Positions 1 to 9,788 of a stretch of DNA of 64,000 nucleotides are shown here, piece by piece (positions within the stretch are counted from its first letter, which is position 1; each line of letters starts with the position of its first letter). A program made the position numbers and the translations under genes. The DNA comes from Candidatus Poribacteria bacterium (GTDB taxonomy: Bacteria; Poribacteria; WGA-4E; PCPOR2b). The stretch is from contig OZ220744.1 of NCBI GenBank assembly GCA_965116925.1, forward strand, positions 3,680,001 to 3,744,000, read 5' to 3'. Under the pieces are notes generated by a model that saw only the letters and a list, made by a program, of their open reading frames with translations, was not told the origin of the DNA and ran no database searches.

Positions 1-24
1 AGGTACTCTCTCGGTTTGGCTCAT
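1..24 (-). CDS. Probable 5' end of a gene running off the left edge (MSQTERVP...)
   Basis: ATG at 24-22 on the minus strand, preceded by AGAGGGAG SD-like sequence; only 8 codons visible. Confidence 0.35.
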
Positions 25-167
25 TCTGTTCTCCCTCTATAAGATGTCGTCGGTCATTTTTTTTTAATAGAGATGTGAATCTCGACCGACGCCATTGATA
101 CTTTTCACATCCTGTCAACTATTTTGCATCACAGTGCAACGACTCAATCTGAAAATACCATAATAGA

Positions 168-1097
168 CTACCGTTTCATCTGTCCCCAAAGCGTTATCCA
201 CTTCCCTGCATCTGATACCCCCAGCTTTGAACCGAACCAGGCAGGATGGTCTCCATCTTCAACCAAGAGTCTGATATTTCCGCCGTCCCTGTCTATAATA
301 AAAATGCCTCCTATACCCTCTCGGTGTGAGACAAAGGCAATCTGTTGACTATCAGGCGACCATTCTGGTCTTCTCCCATTAGCAAGTCGCTTGGGGTTCG
401 CTCCATCTGCCTCCATCCAATAAATGGCTCTATCTCCATCTCGTTCTGACTGGAAGGCAATCCACTGTCCATCAGGGGACCAAGCGGGATACAAATCCGG
501 TGCAGGATGGTCTGTCAACTGTTGGAGATTTTCCCCCGTGATATCAACGACGTAAATATCATTCGGCACTCCAGGGATATTCCTCATTCCGGGTATTCGG
601 ATTGTGAAGGCTAATCTTTTGCTGTCAGGAGACCAGCAGGCCTCCTTTCCGGTGACACCTTGCTGACCCTCCCAGTGAATCTCTCGCTGCTGCAGTCCAT
701 CAATATCCACAAGTAACAGAATCCCTTCGGAAGTCAGAGCAACCCACTGTCCATTGGGAGATACGGCCGGTCTACCAATTGCCTCTACGACTCGTTTTAT
801 ATTTTTCCCAGCAAGGTCCATTGTATAAATGCTAAAAGCACCATCGCGATTTGAACCGAAGGCTATATGGCGTCCATCCGGGAGCCAAACAGGATAGGAA
901 TCATGTGCCAAATGGTCTGTTAATTGCCGGAGGTTTTCACCATTATCATCAATGATGTAAATCCCTCCATTTCCGCCACGGAGCAATGTGAAAACAATCT
1001 TTCCGGTTTCGGCACTTGCCATTTGGTTTAGGTGAATCAGGAAAAAACTTCCGACAAATGCAACAATAACCAGTAAAATGGTTTTCATACTTTTCAT
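168..1097 (-). CDS. Secreted TolB-like PD40 beta-propeller protein with C-terminal GKWITLWGQMKR tail
   Basis: N-terminal signal-like hydrophobic stretch; repeated PAWSPDG..IAF PD40 motifs. Confidence 0.85.
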   Translation of the reverse strand: MKSMKTILLVIVAFVGSFFLIHLNQMASAETGKIVFTLLRGGNGGIYIIDDNGENLRQLTDHLAHDSYPVWLPDGRHIAFGSNRDGAFSIYTMDLAGKNIKRVVEAIGRPAVSPNGQWVALTSEGILLLVDIDGLQQREIHWEGQQGVTGKEACWSPDSKRLAFTIRIPGMRNIPGVPNDIYVVDITGENLQQLTDHPAPDLYPAWSPDGQWIAFQSERDGDRAIYWMEADGANPKRLANGRRPEWSPDSQQIAFVSHREGIGGIFIIDRDGGNIRLLVEDGDHPAWFGSKLGVSDAGKWITLWGQMKR

Positions 1098-1125
1098 GGG
1101 TGTCGTTAATCCTTCTGACCCAATT

Positions 1126-2049
1126 TCATTGGATTCGTTTTCCCCGTTTCATCTGTCCCCAGAGCGTTATCCACTTCCCTGAACCTGATACCCCCAGCTT
1201 TGAACCGAACCAGGCAGGATTATCCCCTCCCTCAACCAATAGTCTGATATTTTCGCCATCCTTATCCATAATGAAAATTCCCTCTATACCCTCTTGGTGT
1301 GAAACAAAGGCGATGTGTTGACCATTGGGCGACCACTCAGGAGATCTTCCATTCGCAAACCGCTTAGAATTTGTTCCATCTGCTTCCATCAGATAAACGG
1401 CATTACCTCCATCTCGATTTGACCAGAAGGCAATCCACTTTCCATCAGGGGACCAAGCGGGATACAAATCTTGTGCAGGATGGTCTGTCAACCGTCGAAG
1501 GTTTTCTCCTGTGATATCAATGACGTAGATATCATTCAATACCCCAGGGATTCGGATTGTGAAGGCTAACCTGTTGCCATCAGGAGCCCAAGCAGCCATG
1601 TTGGTGGCACCCTGTGGGCGCCCCCAGTGAATTTCTTTTCGCTTCAGTCCGTCAATATCCACAAGTAGCAGAAATCCAGCGGGGGTCAAAGCAATCCACT
1701 GCCCATCGGGAGATATAACAGGTCTATTATTTGTGTCTACAATTCGTTTTATGTTTTTCCCAGCGAGGTCCATCGTATAAATGCTAAAAGCTCCATCGCG
1801 ATCTGAACAGAATGCCAGATGGCGTCCATCCGGCAACCAAGCGGGTCTTCTATCCGCTGCAGGATGGTCTGTTAATCGCCGGAGGTTTTTACCATTATCA
1901 TCAATAATGTAAATATCTCGATTTCCTCCCCGGTCCAATGAAAAAGCAATCTTTCCACCTTCGGCGCTTGCCATTTGCTTTGGATAAGTGAATAACAGAT
2001 TTCCAACAAACACGATTGCGAATAGTAAGCTGCTTTTTATACGTTTCAT
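1126..2049 (-). CDS. Tandem paralog: TolB-like PD40 beta-propeller protein
   Basis: Highly similar to 168..1097; start moved to MKRIKSS (AAAGGAGG SD) because the upstream ORF extension lies in a MITE. Confidence 0.85.
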   Translation of the reverse strand: MKRIKSSLLFAIVFVGNLLFTYPKQMASAEGGKIAFSLDRGGNRDIYIIDDNGKNLRRLTDHPAADRRPAWLPDGRHLAFCSDRDGAFSIYTMDLAGKNIKRIVDTNNRPVISPDGQWIALTPAGFLLLVDIDGLKRKEIHWGRPQGATNMAAWAPDGNRLAFTIRIPGVLNDIYVIDITGENLRRLTDHPAQDLYPAWSPDGKWIAFWSNRDGGNAVYLMEADGTNSKRFANGRSPEWSPNGQHIAFVSHQEGIEGIFIMDKDGENIRLLVEGGDNPAWFGSKLGVSGSGKWITLWGQMKRGKRIQ

Positions 2050-2075
2050 GCACGCCTCCTTTGGATTCACCAATC

Positions 2076-2214
2076 TATGGTAGATTTTAGAATTACTTAG
2101 ACAGTTCCAATGCACATGTACAGATTGGGAAATCTGTACCCACAAACAACCCCCTAAATCCCCCTTGTCAGGGGGACTTTGGCAAATGTTCACTTATTTG
2201 TCTAATTCACCATA
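2076..2214. mobile_element. MITE family A (Correia-like TA-ended termini)
   Basis: Ends TATGGTAGATTTTAGAATTA ... AATTCACCATA match copies at 4760, 19669 and 56743; internal hairpins. Confidence 0.7.
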
Positions 2215-2326
2215 AAAGGAGCGAGAGAAATTCATCAACAGTCCTTCGGTTTGTTATTTCCCATAATGGATTGTTTCCCGCTGAAAGGAAAACACAACCT
2301 TCCTCAACAAGGATTCGGAAAGAGAG

Positions 2327-3151
2327 CTAATATTCACCGTTGGCATTCCAGCCGGGGTACTGCTCCTCCAAAGCTGCCAAGGTTTGCGGTGTGTAGTATG
2401 GATGCCCCGCCGGTGGAAAGCGGAACACCTCACGCTCTTTCGCTGTCAATGTTCCGATGAACTGACTGAACACCGGGTTCTTTCCCTTATCCGTATAATG
2501 TCTAAACCCTTCCCAATAGTTATCGGCTCTGCCAATCCCAAATCCCCATGTGAAGCGTTGACCGTCCTCACGGAGATAATCGCTTGCAGAGTGCAACGTG
2601 TAATTGGTGAACATACACAGCGTTCCACCCTTGCAGATTAACGGTTCATACTTGGTTGTGTCGCGTCCATGTTCCTTGGCAAGTAGCCGCAGTGGGGCTT
2701 GGTCTTCATCAACATCTTCGAGATGTACCCAGAAGCCGAGTTGACCAAACTCACGCAGTGTATCGGAGGGCGGCAGCAAGGAGTTATTTCCGTTGTCGAT
2801 ATGTAAATTAGCGGCATCGCTGCCCACGCCACCTCCTTTGAAACCCGGATAGCGGGCAATCATGCAACCGGCGCGAAAGTGGATATGTTCTGTCTTGAGC
2901 CACTTTCGTGCAAATTCCCACGCCCGATAGTCAACAATGCCACGCAGCAAGGCTATCTCTGGCGGCGGGAAATCGGTAAGAATTGCCCGCCCCTGTGGCG
3001 GATCATCTTTCACCTCATCCCATGTAGGAATCGACCTTCGCTGTGCCGCTTGCATTTCGCGCAACCTTTCGCCCGTATAAAAGCCCGGAACGATAACGTA
3101 ACCTTTCGTTTCCAACTCTTCAAGATGTGCATCGGTTAGTTCTGCGGACAT
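2327..3151 (-). CDS. Phytanoyl-CoA dioxygenase (PhyH) family Fe/2OG oxygenase
   Basis: KGYVIVP N-terminus, HxD (LHID) and distal H (TLHSA). Confidence 0.75.
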   Translation of the reverse strand: MSAELTDAHLEELETKGYVIVPGFYTGERLREMQAAQRRSIPTWDEVKDDPPQGRAILTDFPPPEIALLRGIVDYRAWEFARKWLKTEHIHFRAGCMIARYPGFKGGGVGSDAANLHIDNGNNSLLPPSDTLREFGQLGFWVHLEDVDEDQAPLRLLAKEHGRDTTKYEPLICKGGTLCMFTNYTLHSASDYLREDGQRFTWGFGIGRADNYWEGFRHYTDKGKNPVFSQFIGTLTAKEREVFRFPPAGHPYYTPQTLAALEEQYPGWNANGEY

Positions 3152-3183
3152 ATTTTCACCTCTCGATTGTTAGCACTTCGATG

Positions 3184-3993
3184 TCAGACCTCCATCACCC
3201 ACGGCGTAGGTTCTGGGAAAATATCGTGTTGTTTTGCCCAATCAATTAAACCATCGTTTGTCGCTCCCAGCAACTGTTTGCCAACGTCATCAACCTGTGC
3301 TAAGACAGTCTCATCGGGTTGGACAAGACGCATCGCTCTGTGCGCCCCGCCCATCCAGCGGTAAGCGTAGCCAAAAATCACCACCTTCGAGACACGGTCA
3401 GTCAGGTTTGGGGCGGAAGTATGGAAGAGACGATTTTCAAAAAGGAAAGCATCTCCGGCATTGAGAGGAAGTTCAACCGTTCCGACGGGATCTGCCTCCC
3501 CCTTCGGGATGGGTAACGGCGTATCTATCAGATGTGATCCCTGTGCGAAAAGTGTAAAGCCGGAACGCGGTTGCTTAAAGTCAGTCAAGCAGTACCCGAC
3601 TTTGATGCTGACACGCGGCAGGTTGCTGTGGCGTAGATCTTCGGCAAGACCGCTATCACGGTGCCAACCCCGTTGGTTTACGGTTTCTTCGTCTGCCGGT
3701 TCTGGAAACTTATAGATGATCGCTGTTGTGTGCAGCTGAATATTAGGGGATAGTAGCTGGGCAACCAAGGGAACCGTCGGCGATTGGGTGATCAGGGGAT
3801 GAAAATCCGGTTCTTGGACAATACCGGGGCGTCTTTGAACGTAAGCCCCGTCTGCATCAAACGATTCGATCAACCGGTCGCTGACGTGAGTGAGTCTGTC
3901 AATTATCTCCGGCGATAGCACATCTGGAACGACCAGATAGCCGTTTTCATCAAAAAATTGACGTTGTGCCCCTGTAAGTTTCACAAAATCCAT
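3184..3993 (-). CDS. PhyH family dioxygenase
   Basis: NGYLVVPDVL, WHRD, GDAFLFENRLFH motifs. Confidence 0.85.
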   Translation of the reverse strand: MDFVKLTGAQRQFFDENGYLVVPDVLSPEIIDRLTHVSDRLIESFDADGAYVQRRPGIVQEPDFHPLITQSPTVPLVAQLLSPNIQLHTTAIIYKFPEPADEETVNQRGWHRDSGLAEDLRHSNLPRVSIKVGYCLTDFKQPRSGFTLFAQGSHLIDTPLPIPKGEADPVGTVELPLNAGDAFLFENRLFHTSAPNLTDRVSKVVIFGYAYRWMGGAHRAMRLVQPDETVLAQVDDVGKQLLGATNDGLIDWAKQHDIFPEPTPWVMEV

Positions 3994-4015
3994 ATCAATG
4001 TTCCTTATTTCTACT

Positions 4016-4714
4016 TTAGCTGCCTAGGTGCCGAGCGAAGAAATCCAGCGTCCGGGGCCAAGCAGCTGTTGCTGCTACCTCATGGTGACGCTCGCCGGAG
4101 AAATCCATAAAGGCGTGTCCGGCACCGGGGTATGTATAAAACTCATGTGCCTTGTTATGGCGCGTTAATTCAGCGTCGATCTTCTGCATATCTTCCGGGG
4201 ATGGGTTGGCGTCCTCCTCACCAAAGTGGAACAGCAGCGGACAGTCAATCTCATGGGTGCGTTCAAACGGTGACGCACCTCCTTCTCCCAAAGCGACCAT
4301 GGTGTTGCCGCCGTAATAGGCTTCAGCAGCTTTGAACTGCGGGAGAGCTGCTGCCATCAGGTATGCCACTCTGCCTCCCATGCAGAAGCCGGTAATGCCG
4401 AGTGCCTCGCTATCGACAGCGTTGTGGTTCTGCAAGAAGTCTACGGTGGCTTGAACGTCTGCAATCATCTCCGCGTCTATGAGTTCCCGTGGACCTCGTG
4501 GGTCATCGGGTCCTAATCGGTGATAGAGGTCTGGGGCAGCAGCAATGTAGCCGGCTTCCGCTAGCCTATCGGTCATTGTACAGATGAACGTATCAACGCC
4601 GCCGGCGTGCTGGGCAACCACCACAGCCGGAAAAGGGCCCGTACCATCGGGCATAGAGACGTAAAGTTCCATATCTTGGTTATCAACTTTGACGATTTCT
4701 GTAAACGATGACAT
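4016..4714 (-). CDS. Dienelactone hydrolase family protein
   Basis: GFCMGG nucleophile motif, YPGAGHAF. Confidence 0.9.
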   Translation of the reverse strand: MSSFTEIVKVDNQDMELYVSMPDGTGPFPAVVVAQHAGGVDTFICTMTDRLAEAGYIAAAPDLYHRLGPDDPRGPRELIDAEMIADVQATVDFLQNHNAVDSEALGITGFCMGGRVAYLMAAALPQFKAAEAYYGGNTMVALGEGGASPFERTHEIDCPLLFHFGEEDANPSPEDMQKIDAELTRHNKAHEFYTYPGAGHAFMDFSGERHHEVAATAAWPRTLDFFARHLGS

Positions 4715-4759
4715 GTGTTGCTCCTCCTCTTCTGTTTTCGCTTATGGTGAATTCCAGTT

Positions 4760-4862
4760 TATAGTAGATTTTAGAATTAATGGGACACGCCAAACCGGTG
4801 CGGTTACAAACCGCACCTACCGGGGAGGCGCAAGTGTTTCTTTATTTTTTGAATTCACTATA
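4760..4862. mobile_element. MITE family A carrying REP hairpin GGTGCGGTT-ACA-AACCGCACCTAC
   Basis: TATAGTAGATTTTAGAATT ... GAATTCACTATA termini; closely similar to 19669..19776. Confidence 0.75.
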
Positions 4863-4866
4863 GTTT

Positions 4867-5859
4867 TTACTTTACTGTTTGAAATTCCGCACACGCAAGG
4901 TTTGCTAACATATCAATAAATTCGAGGTGCTCACCGACGGTGCCAGCACGGATAAAATTCATACCACACGCCTCGGCGGTCCCCCTAGCTTCCAGATCGA
5001 GGTCGTAAAGTACTTCGACATGGTCACAGAGGAAGCCGATCGGTGATACGATGACATCCTGAACACCCGTCTCCCTTTTCTCTCGAATCAGATCATTAAT
5101 GTCAGGGTCCGTCCACGGCACGGTTGGGTTATCGGGCGCACTCTGGTAAGCAATATCGAAATCGGTCCCAAGAACGGCTGCTACGGCTGAAGCGGTTTGA
5201 CGAAACTGTTCGGGGTATGGGGAGGTCTTCGCTGCAACTTCGGGGATTGCGTGAGCGGTAAAGATCAGGGCAGCCTCAGCAAAACGTGATTCAGAAATAT
5301 CGTTACATGCAGTACGGATGCGTTCCGCGATGGCGTTGATGAAGCTGGGATGTAGATGCCACAGATCTTCTAAATAGCAAATGTTTAGTGTTTGGTCGCC
5401 TACCGTTTCGACTGCATCGGTAACATCGTTCTGATAACGCTCCCAACTGGCTTTAGACCGATAGGCAGACATGATAATCGCAAGGACGTTGCGATGCCCC
5501 TTTTCGACCATCCTCGCTATCGTCTCATGAAGGTACGGCGTCCAATTACGCATCCCTACATAGATAGGCAAATCAACGCCCCGTTTTCTAAGCGCGTCCC
5601 CAAGCCCATCCGCCTGCTTAAATGTCAGTTCGTTAAAGGGCGAAAATCCGCCGAGTTTTACATAGTGGCTCGCAACCTCCTTCACACGCGCAGCGTTCGA
5701 TGGTGCATTCCCGACGATACCCTCGACAAAGCAGTGCGCTTCCCCAGGACATGGATCGTACCGCTGACAGCAACCGGGGGTCGGTCCCCCAAACCCGATG
5801 AGCAGGATGCTATCGTATGAACCCCTTGAGTTCGATTCAGGATTGGTATCCCTCTTCAA
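4867..5859 (-). CDS. hemH: Ferrochelatase
   Basis: GFGGP, GGFSPFN, GMRNWTP, FTAH, AYQS, PIGFLCDHVEVLYDLD motifs; adjacent to hemE. Confidence 0.92.
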   Translation of the reverse strand: MKRDTNPESNSRGSYDSILLIGFGGPTPGCCQRYDPCPGEAHCFVEGIVGNAPSNAARVKEVASHYVKLGGFSPFNELTFKQADGLGDALRKRGVDLPIYVGMRNWTPYLHETIARMVEKGHRNVLAIIMSAYRSKASWERYQNDVTDAVETVGDQTLNICYLEDLWHLHPSFINAIAERIRTACNDISESRFAEAALIFTAHAIPEVAAKTSPYPEQFRQTASAVAAVLGTDFDIAYQSAPDNPTVPWTDPDINDLIREKRETGVQDVIVSPIGFLCDHVEVLYDLDLEARGTAEACGMNFIRAGTVGEHLEFIDMLANLACAEFQTVK

Positions 5860-5872
5860 CGGTTTTTACCCC

Positions 5873-6949
5873 CTAATCGCCTACATCTTTTGCGACGCTC
5901 ACAAAGTGCTTCACGTTTTCAAACGGTGTGTCCCTGTGAAGTCCGTGACTGAGATTGAGGATATGCCCAACCTTTCCGCCCGCTTGTAGACAGTTATTGA
6001 CGGCGGTGGTAATATCATCACAGGTCCCATCTCTCAGGATTGCGTTGTCCACATTTCCTTGAAAGGCGACCTTGCCTTTCGCTTCTTTCTGTGCGACCCC
6101 CAGATCAACGCATTTTCCGACACTCAAAACGTCAGCACCACTTTCCAGCATCAACGAGAGATAGGGGCATTCTTTGGTAAATAGGATAGAAGGTGCGCTC
6201 GGATCTAACGCCGCAAAAATCTGTTCGTGATACGGTTGGACAAAGGCTTGGTATCTCGGTAAATCAATCTGATCAGCGATGGATTCAAACAGCTGCACCA
6301 CCTGCACGCCCGCCGAAATTTGGTAGTTGAGATAATTAATCGTCATCTGCGTTAAACGTTGCAGCAGTTCGTGAAATAGATGTGGTTCTTCGTCCATCAT
6401 CTGAAAAACGGTACGTGCCGCGTTTGAAACGCCTCCGCCGGCTGCCATCGGGCTGGTTCCTGCGACCATAAAGAAAGCTAAAGTCAGCGGCGATCCGGCA
6501 AAGCCAATCAACGGCAACTCACCCGCCAATACCCTACGCAGCCCGCTGATAATCTTTCCGGTAAATGCCATCTCTGAAGCGGGATTGTCAAGGGGACGTA
6601 ACGCCTCGATCTGGGCTTGGGTCCGAATAGGGGAATCTAAGACGGGACCGGGGTCAAATCGAAAGTGTACGCCCATTGGACAAAGCGGCGTGAGAATGTC
6701 TTTGTACACAATGATTGCATCAACCCCGATGCGCTTGGGTAAGAGAGAAATTTCAATCGCCCATTCGATTTCTTGATCACTAAATGGGCACGGTATCGTC
6801 CGAAATAGCCGCTCTAATGGGAGGTTGATTTGTTCTCTGAGTGCACGGTACACGGGATCCGAACGACCCGCTTGGCGCATCATCCACACTGGCGTCCGTT
6901 CTACTGTCTGTCGTCGTGCAGCACGGAGGAGGAGATCATTTTTAAGCAT
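5873..6949 (-). CDS. hemE: Uroporphyrinogen decarboxylase
   Basis: PVWMMRQAGR signature, IGFAGSP, QGNVD, NLSHG. Confidence 0.95.
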   Translation of the reverse strand: MLKNDLLLRAARRQTVERTPVWMMRQAGRSDPVYRALREQINLPLERLFRTIPCPFSDQEIEWAIEISLLPKRIGVDAIIVYKDILTPLCPMGVHFRFDPGPVLDSPIRTQAQIEALRPLDNPASEMAFTGKIISGLRRVLAGELPLIGFAGSPLTLAFFMVAGTSPMAAGGGVSNAARTVFQMMDEEPHLFHELLQRLTQMTINYLNYQISAGVQVVQLFESIADQIDLPRYQAFVQPYHEQIFAALDPSAPSILFTKECPYLSLMLESGADVLSVGKCVDLGVAQKEAKGKVAFQGNVDNAILRDGTCDDITTAVNNCLQAGGKVGHILNLSHGLHRDTPFENVKHFVSVAKDVGD

Positions 6950-6957
6950 GGTGTTCT

Positions 6958-7260
6958 CTACTCTTTCGGACGTCCTCTCAATTCAAGATATTCCCTGAGT
7001 TTTACGTAACTTTTGATATTTTTCATAATCCGACCACTTTCTCGTTCTTCGAGATAGAGAAAGAACCCCATCAGATATAAGCTAATCAGAAATAACAAGA
7101 AGCCAACGAAACATCGGAAAATAGCAAAGTAGTTCGCTGTAAAATCTAGTTTAGGCATCCCGTCCCCCCACGAGACCGAAACAAAGCCTTGCCAGCCTGT
7201 GACACCCATTGATAAAAAAGCGATTGAAAGCACAAAAACAATGAAAAACTGTATGCCCAT
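6958..7260 (-). CDS. Small membrane protein, two hydrophobic segments
   Basis: AGAAAGG SD; co-oriented 8 nt upstream of hemE. Confidence 0.65.
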   Translation of the reverse strand: MGIQFFIVFVLSIAFLSMGVTGWQGFVSVSWGDGMPKLDFTANYFAIFRCFVGFLLFLISLYLMGFFLYLEERESGRIMKNIKSYVKLREYLELRGRPKE

Positions 7261-7471
7261 GGCTAACCTTTCTTGCGGAGATTTCGGGACTAATAGTTGG
7301 ATCGCTGTATTATAGCATATTGCTCATCCGTGGTAAAGGATTCTCTACTCTGAAATTTCTGATGTTTTTCGTTGCACAAATAGCCAACCTGTGATAAATT
7401 TTATTCAGATTAGCAATGAGCCTTTAGCGGTAGACCCTGAATCACGTAAACGCCAAGGAGAATTCAGAGCT

Positions 7472-8209
7472 GTGAAAATCGTTGGAGTTATCCCCGCTCG
7501 CTATGCGTCAAGTCGGTTTCAGGGCAAGGCGTTGGTGGACATCCTCGGCAAACCGATGGTGCAGCAAGTCTATGAGCGAGCGGCCCGTGCCAAAACACTG
7601 GATGCTGTCATCGTCGCAACTGATGACCGGCGAATCTACGATACGGTTGACGGCTTCGGTGGACAGGTGGTTATGACATCACCAGACTGTCCCACAGGCA
7701 CCGAAAGGGTTGCGATTGTCGCGGAAACACTCGATTGCGATGTTGTAGCAAACATTCAGGGCGATGAACCTTTGCTGGAGCCGGTGGTCATCGATCAGAT
7801 GATTCAACCGTTTCTTGATGACCCCAGCGTAGAAGTCAGCACGTTGAAGCAGCGGGTCGAAAATGAAGCGGATTATCGAGACTCCAACGTTGTTAAAGTT
7901 GTGACTGACCTTCAGGGTTTTGCGTTATATTTTTCTAGAGCATCAATCCCCGGCAATCTCTCAAATCATTGGCTACAAGTTCACCCCAACTATCGGCATG
8001 TAGGGCTGTACGCTTATCGCCGAGAGCGACTCCTTGAGTTTACCCAATGGGAAAGCACACCGTATGAGAGCACCGAAGGACTTGAGCAGTTGCGCTTCCT
8101 TGAACACGGTATCCGCATCCGTGTCGTTGAGACAGAACATACGTTGATTGGGGTTGATGTGCCCGCCGATTTGGACCGGGTGCTTGAAATCTTGAATTCG
8201 CGAGAATAA
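7472..8209 (+). CDS. kdsB: 3-deoxy-manno-octulosonate cytidylyltransferase
   Basis: IPARYASSRFQGK, NIQGDEP, ALYFSR, LEQLRFLE; GTG start after AAGGAG. Confidence 0.95.
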   Translation: MKIVGVIPARYASSRFQGKALVDILGKPMVQQVYERAARAKTLDAVIVATDDRRIYDTVDGFGGQVVMTSPDCPTGTERVAIVAETLDCDVVANIQGDEPLLEPVVIDQMIQPFLDDPSVEVSTLKQRVENEADYRDSNVVKVVTDLQGFALYFSRASIPGNLSNHWLQVHPNYRHVGLYAYRRERLLEFTQWESTPYESTEGLEQLRFLEHGIRIRVVETEHTLIGVDVPADLDRVLEILNSRE

Positions 8210-8436
8210 CGGCAGTTTTCTGTTTGAATAGCGATCAAGGGTAAGAACAATAAGCAGCAAGTCAATAAGAGATACGACAACTGCGTGCAACAATTGAAAA
8301 ATTAAATAGGAACGATGAGTAATGTAAATAGAAAGTAGGTCAAGGGAAAAATAAAAAAAAGATCGTCGGTTGGACAAAGAGAAACGCGATGCTAAACAGA
8401 CAAACACAAAAATCGTCAGCCCAAAAGGAGGTAAAA

Positions 8437-9021
8437 ATGGCATTTAAGATTGGCTTGGTGTTTTTTCTGTGTGTGGTGATTGTGTGCAGTGGAGATGCGG
8501 CGGAGGGTACACCTGTTCTGGATTCTGATGCAAAAGCGGCTGCGGTGCGCGATGCAGAGAACGACTTTGATGCGCGCCCGTGGCGTTTTCAGGGTTGTGT
8601 TGGAGGTTGCGTAGGTGGGGGAGCAATAGCTCTAGTAATAGCTAAGGTTGTTCAGGGTCTTAGAGAAAACGAAGGTGCGGGTTCTGGAACTGGGGGTTTT
8701 TCAGCAGGTGGATTTAGCGATCCGCTTCCGATAGAAGGCACGTCAGTTGCCCCCAGTCTTGGCCCACCTGGACTGATAGAGGGAACTGTGTTGATGGTGG
8801 GAATGGTGGCTCTGTTGGTGCCGATAAGCCGCGCTGATACTAAGGAGGTAACGCTACCATCTTTACCACTTGCCGAAAAAACGCCTGAATATGTTGCGTC
8901 TTACATGGAAGCGTATAAGAAGGAAATCCGATCCCGTCGGAAGCGCGCTATAATATCGGGGTACCCTCTTGGGGCTGGGGCTTTAGCCGGAGGGTGCTTG
9001 GTGGGATTGGCTTTGGAATAA
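8437..9021 (+). CDS. Hypothetical exported/membrane protein
   Basis: AAGGAGG SD, signal-like N-terminus, Gly-rich hydrophobic segments. Confidence 0.65.
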   Translation: MAFKIGLVFFLCVVIVCSGDAAEGTPVLDSDAKAAAVRDAENDFDARPWRFQGCVGGCVGGGAIALVIAKVVQGLRENEGAGSGTGGFSAGGFSDPLPIEGTSVAPSLGPPGLIEGTVLMVGMVALLVPISRADTKEVTLPSLPLAEKTPEYVASYMEAYKKEIRSRRKRAIISGYPLGAGALAGGCLVGLALE

Positions 9022-9098
9022 CCCCTTGAAAGGAGCTTAATAATAAAATAAAAGATCCACAAAGGTATTTCGTTCAGGATGTTGAGTGTTTAGGCGTT

Positions 9099-9473
9099 GT
9101 GCCTCTTGACACAGGGGAAGAAGCGCGGGATAAGGAAAAAGAAATTTTAGATATGTTTGGTCGCGCAAATGAAAAGCGTAATCAGTGCGAACTCATTTTT
9201 TATAGTGATGATGTCAAACAGTATATTGAAGATGAGTGCGAAGACCCAAAATTCTATACTGAGGCGAGTAGCAAGAGTGATTAAACCGCTTTAGACAATC
9301 TTAAATGTCCGATAATTAACACGGTAGCACCGCAGTTAAGTGTGGTAGGCATCAAATGTCTGAAATTATGGGCAAAATCCGAGGCACACCCAGAAATGTC
9401 ATACATCGGTAATACGCCTCGAAACCCCGTGTTCATTGAGGATTTCTCTGATGAATGCCTTGTTGCTGTATGA
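9099..9473 (+). pseudogene. Possible degraded ORF with one internal TAA (9282-9284)
   Basis: The frame stays open for 62 more codons after the stop; no family recognised. Confidence 0.25.
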
Positions 9474-9788
9474 ACGATTTTGCAAGCTTGAGTGCCGATT
9501 TCACTACTCCACACTTTAGTGCAGACCTACCATTAACACTTATCGGACGTTTTAAGCGGTTTTTAGGGAAAATCTGAAAACCTTGATCCAGTCTCAACAC
9601 GCAAAAAATATATCCGATAACAATCGCAAATCGGTTTCTTGCGGAAAAAGCGGGGCGATTTGCGAAAAATAATGTGCTTTGTTCATATTTTTTCCCTTTG
9701 TGAGGCTTCTTAATTTTTGTGTCCTCGATAAAAATTCAGGAGGAATCTTCGTTGCACTCCGTAGACGTTTCAAAGTTGAGGCAAACTT

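Noticed and set aside
47..91. Hairpin as a novel RNA
   Set aside because: It is a degenerate copy of the GTCGAGATGTGAATCTCGAC REP interrupted by a T-rich tract.
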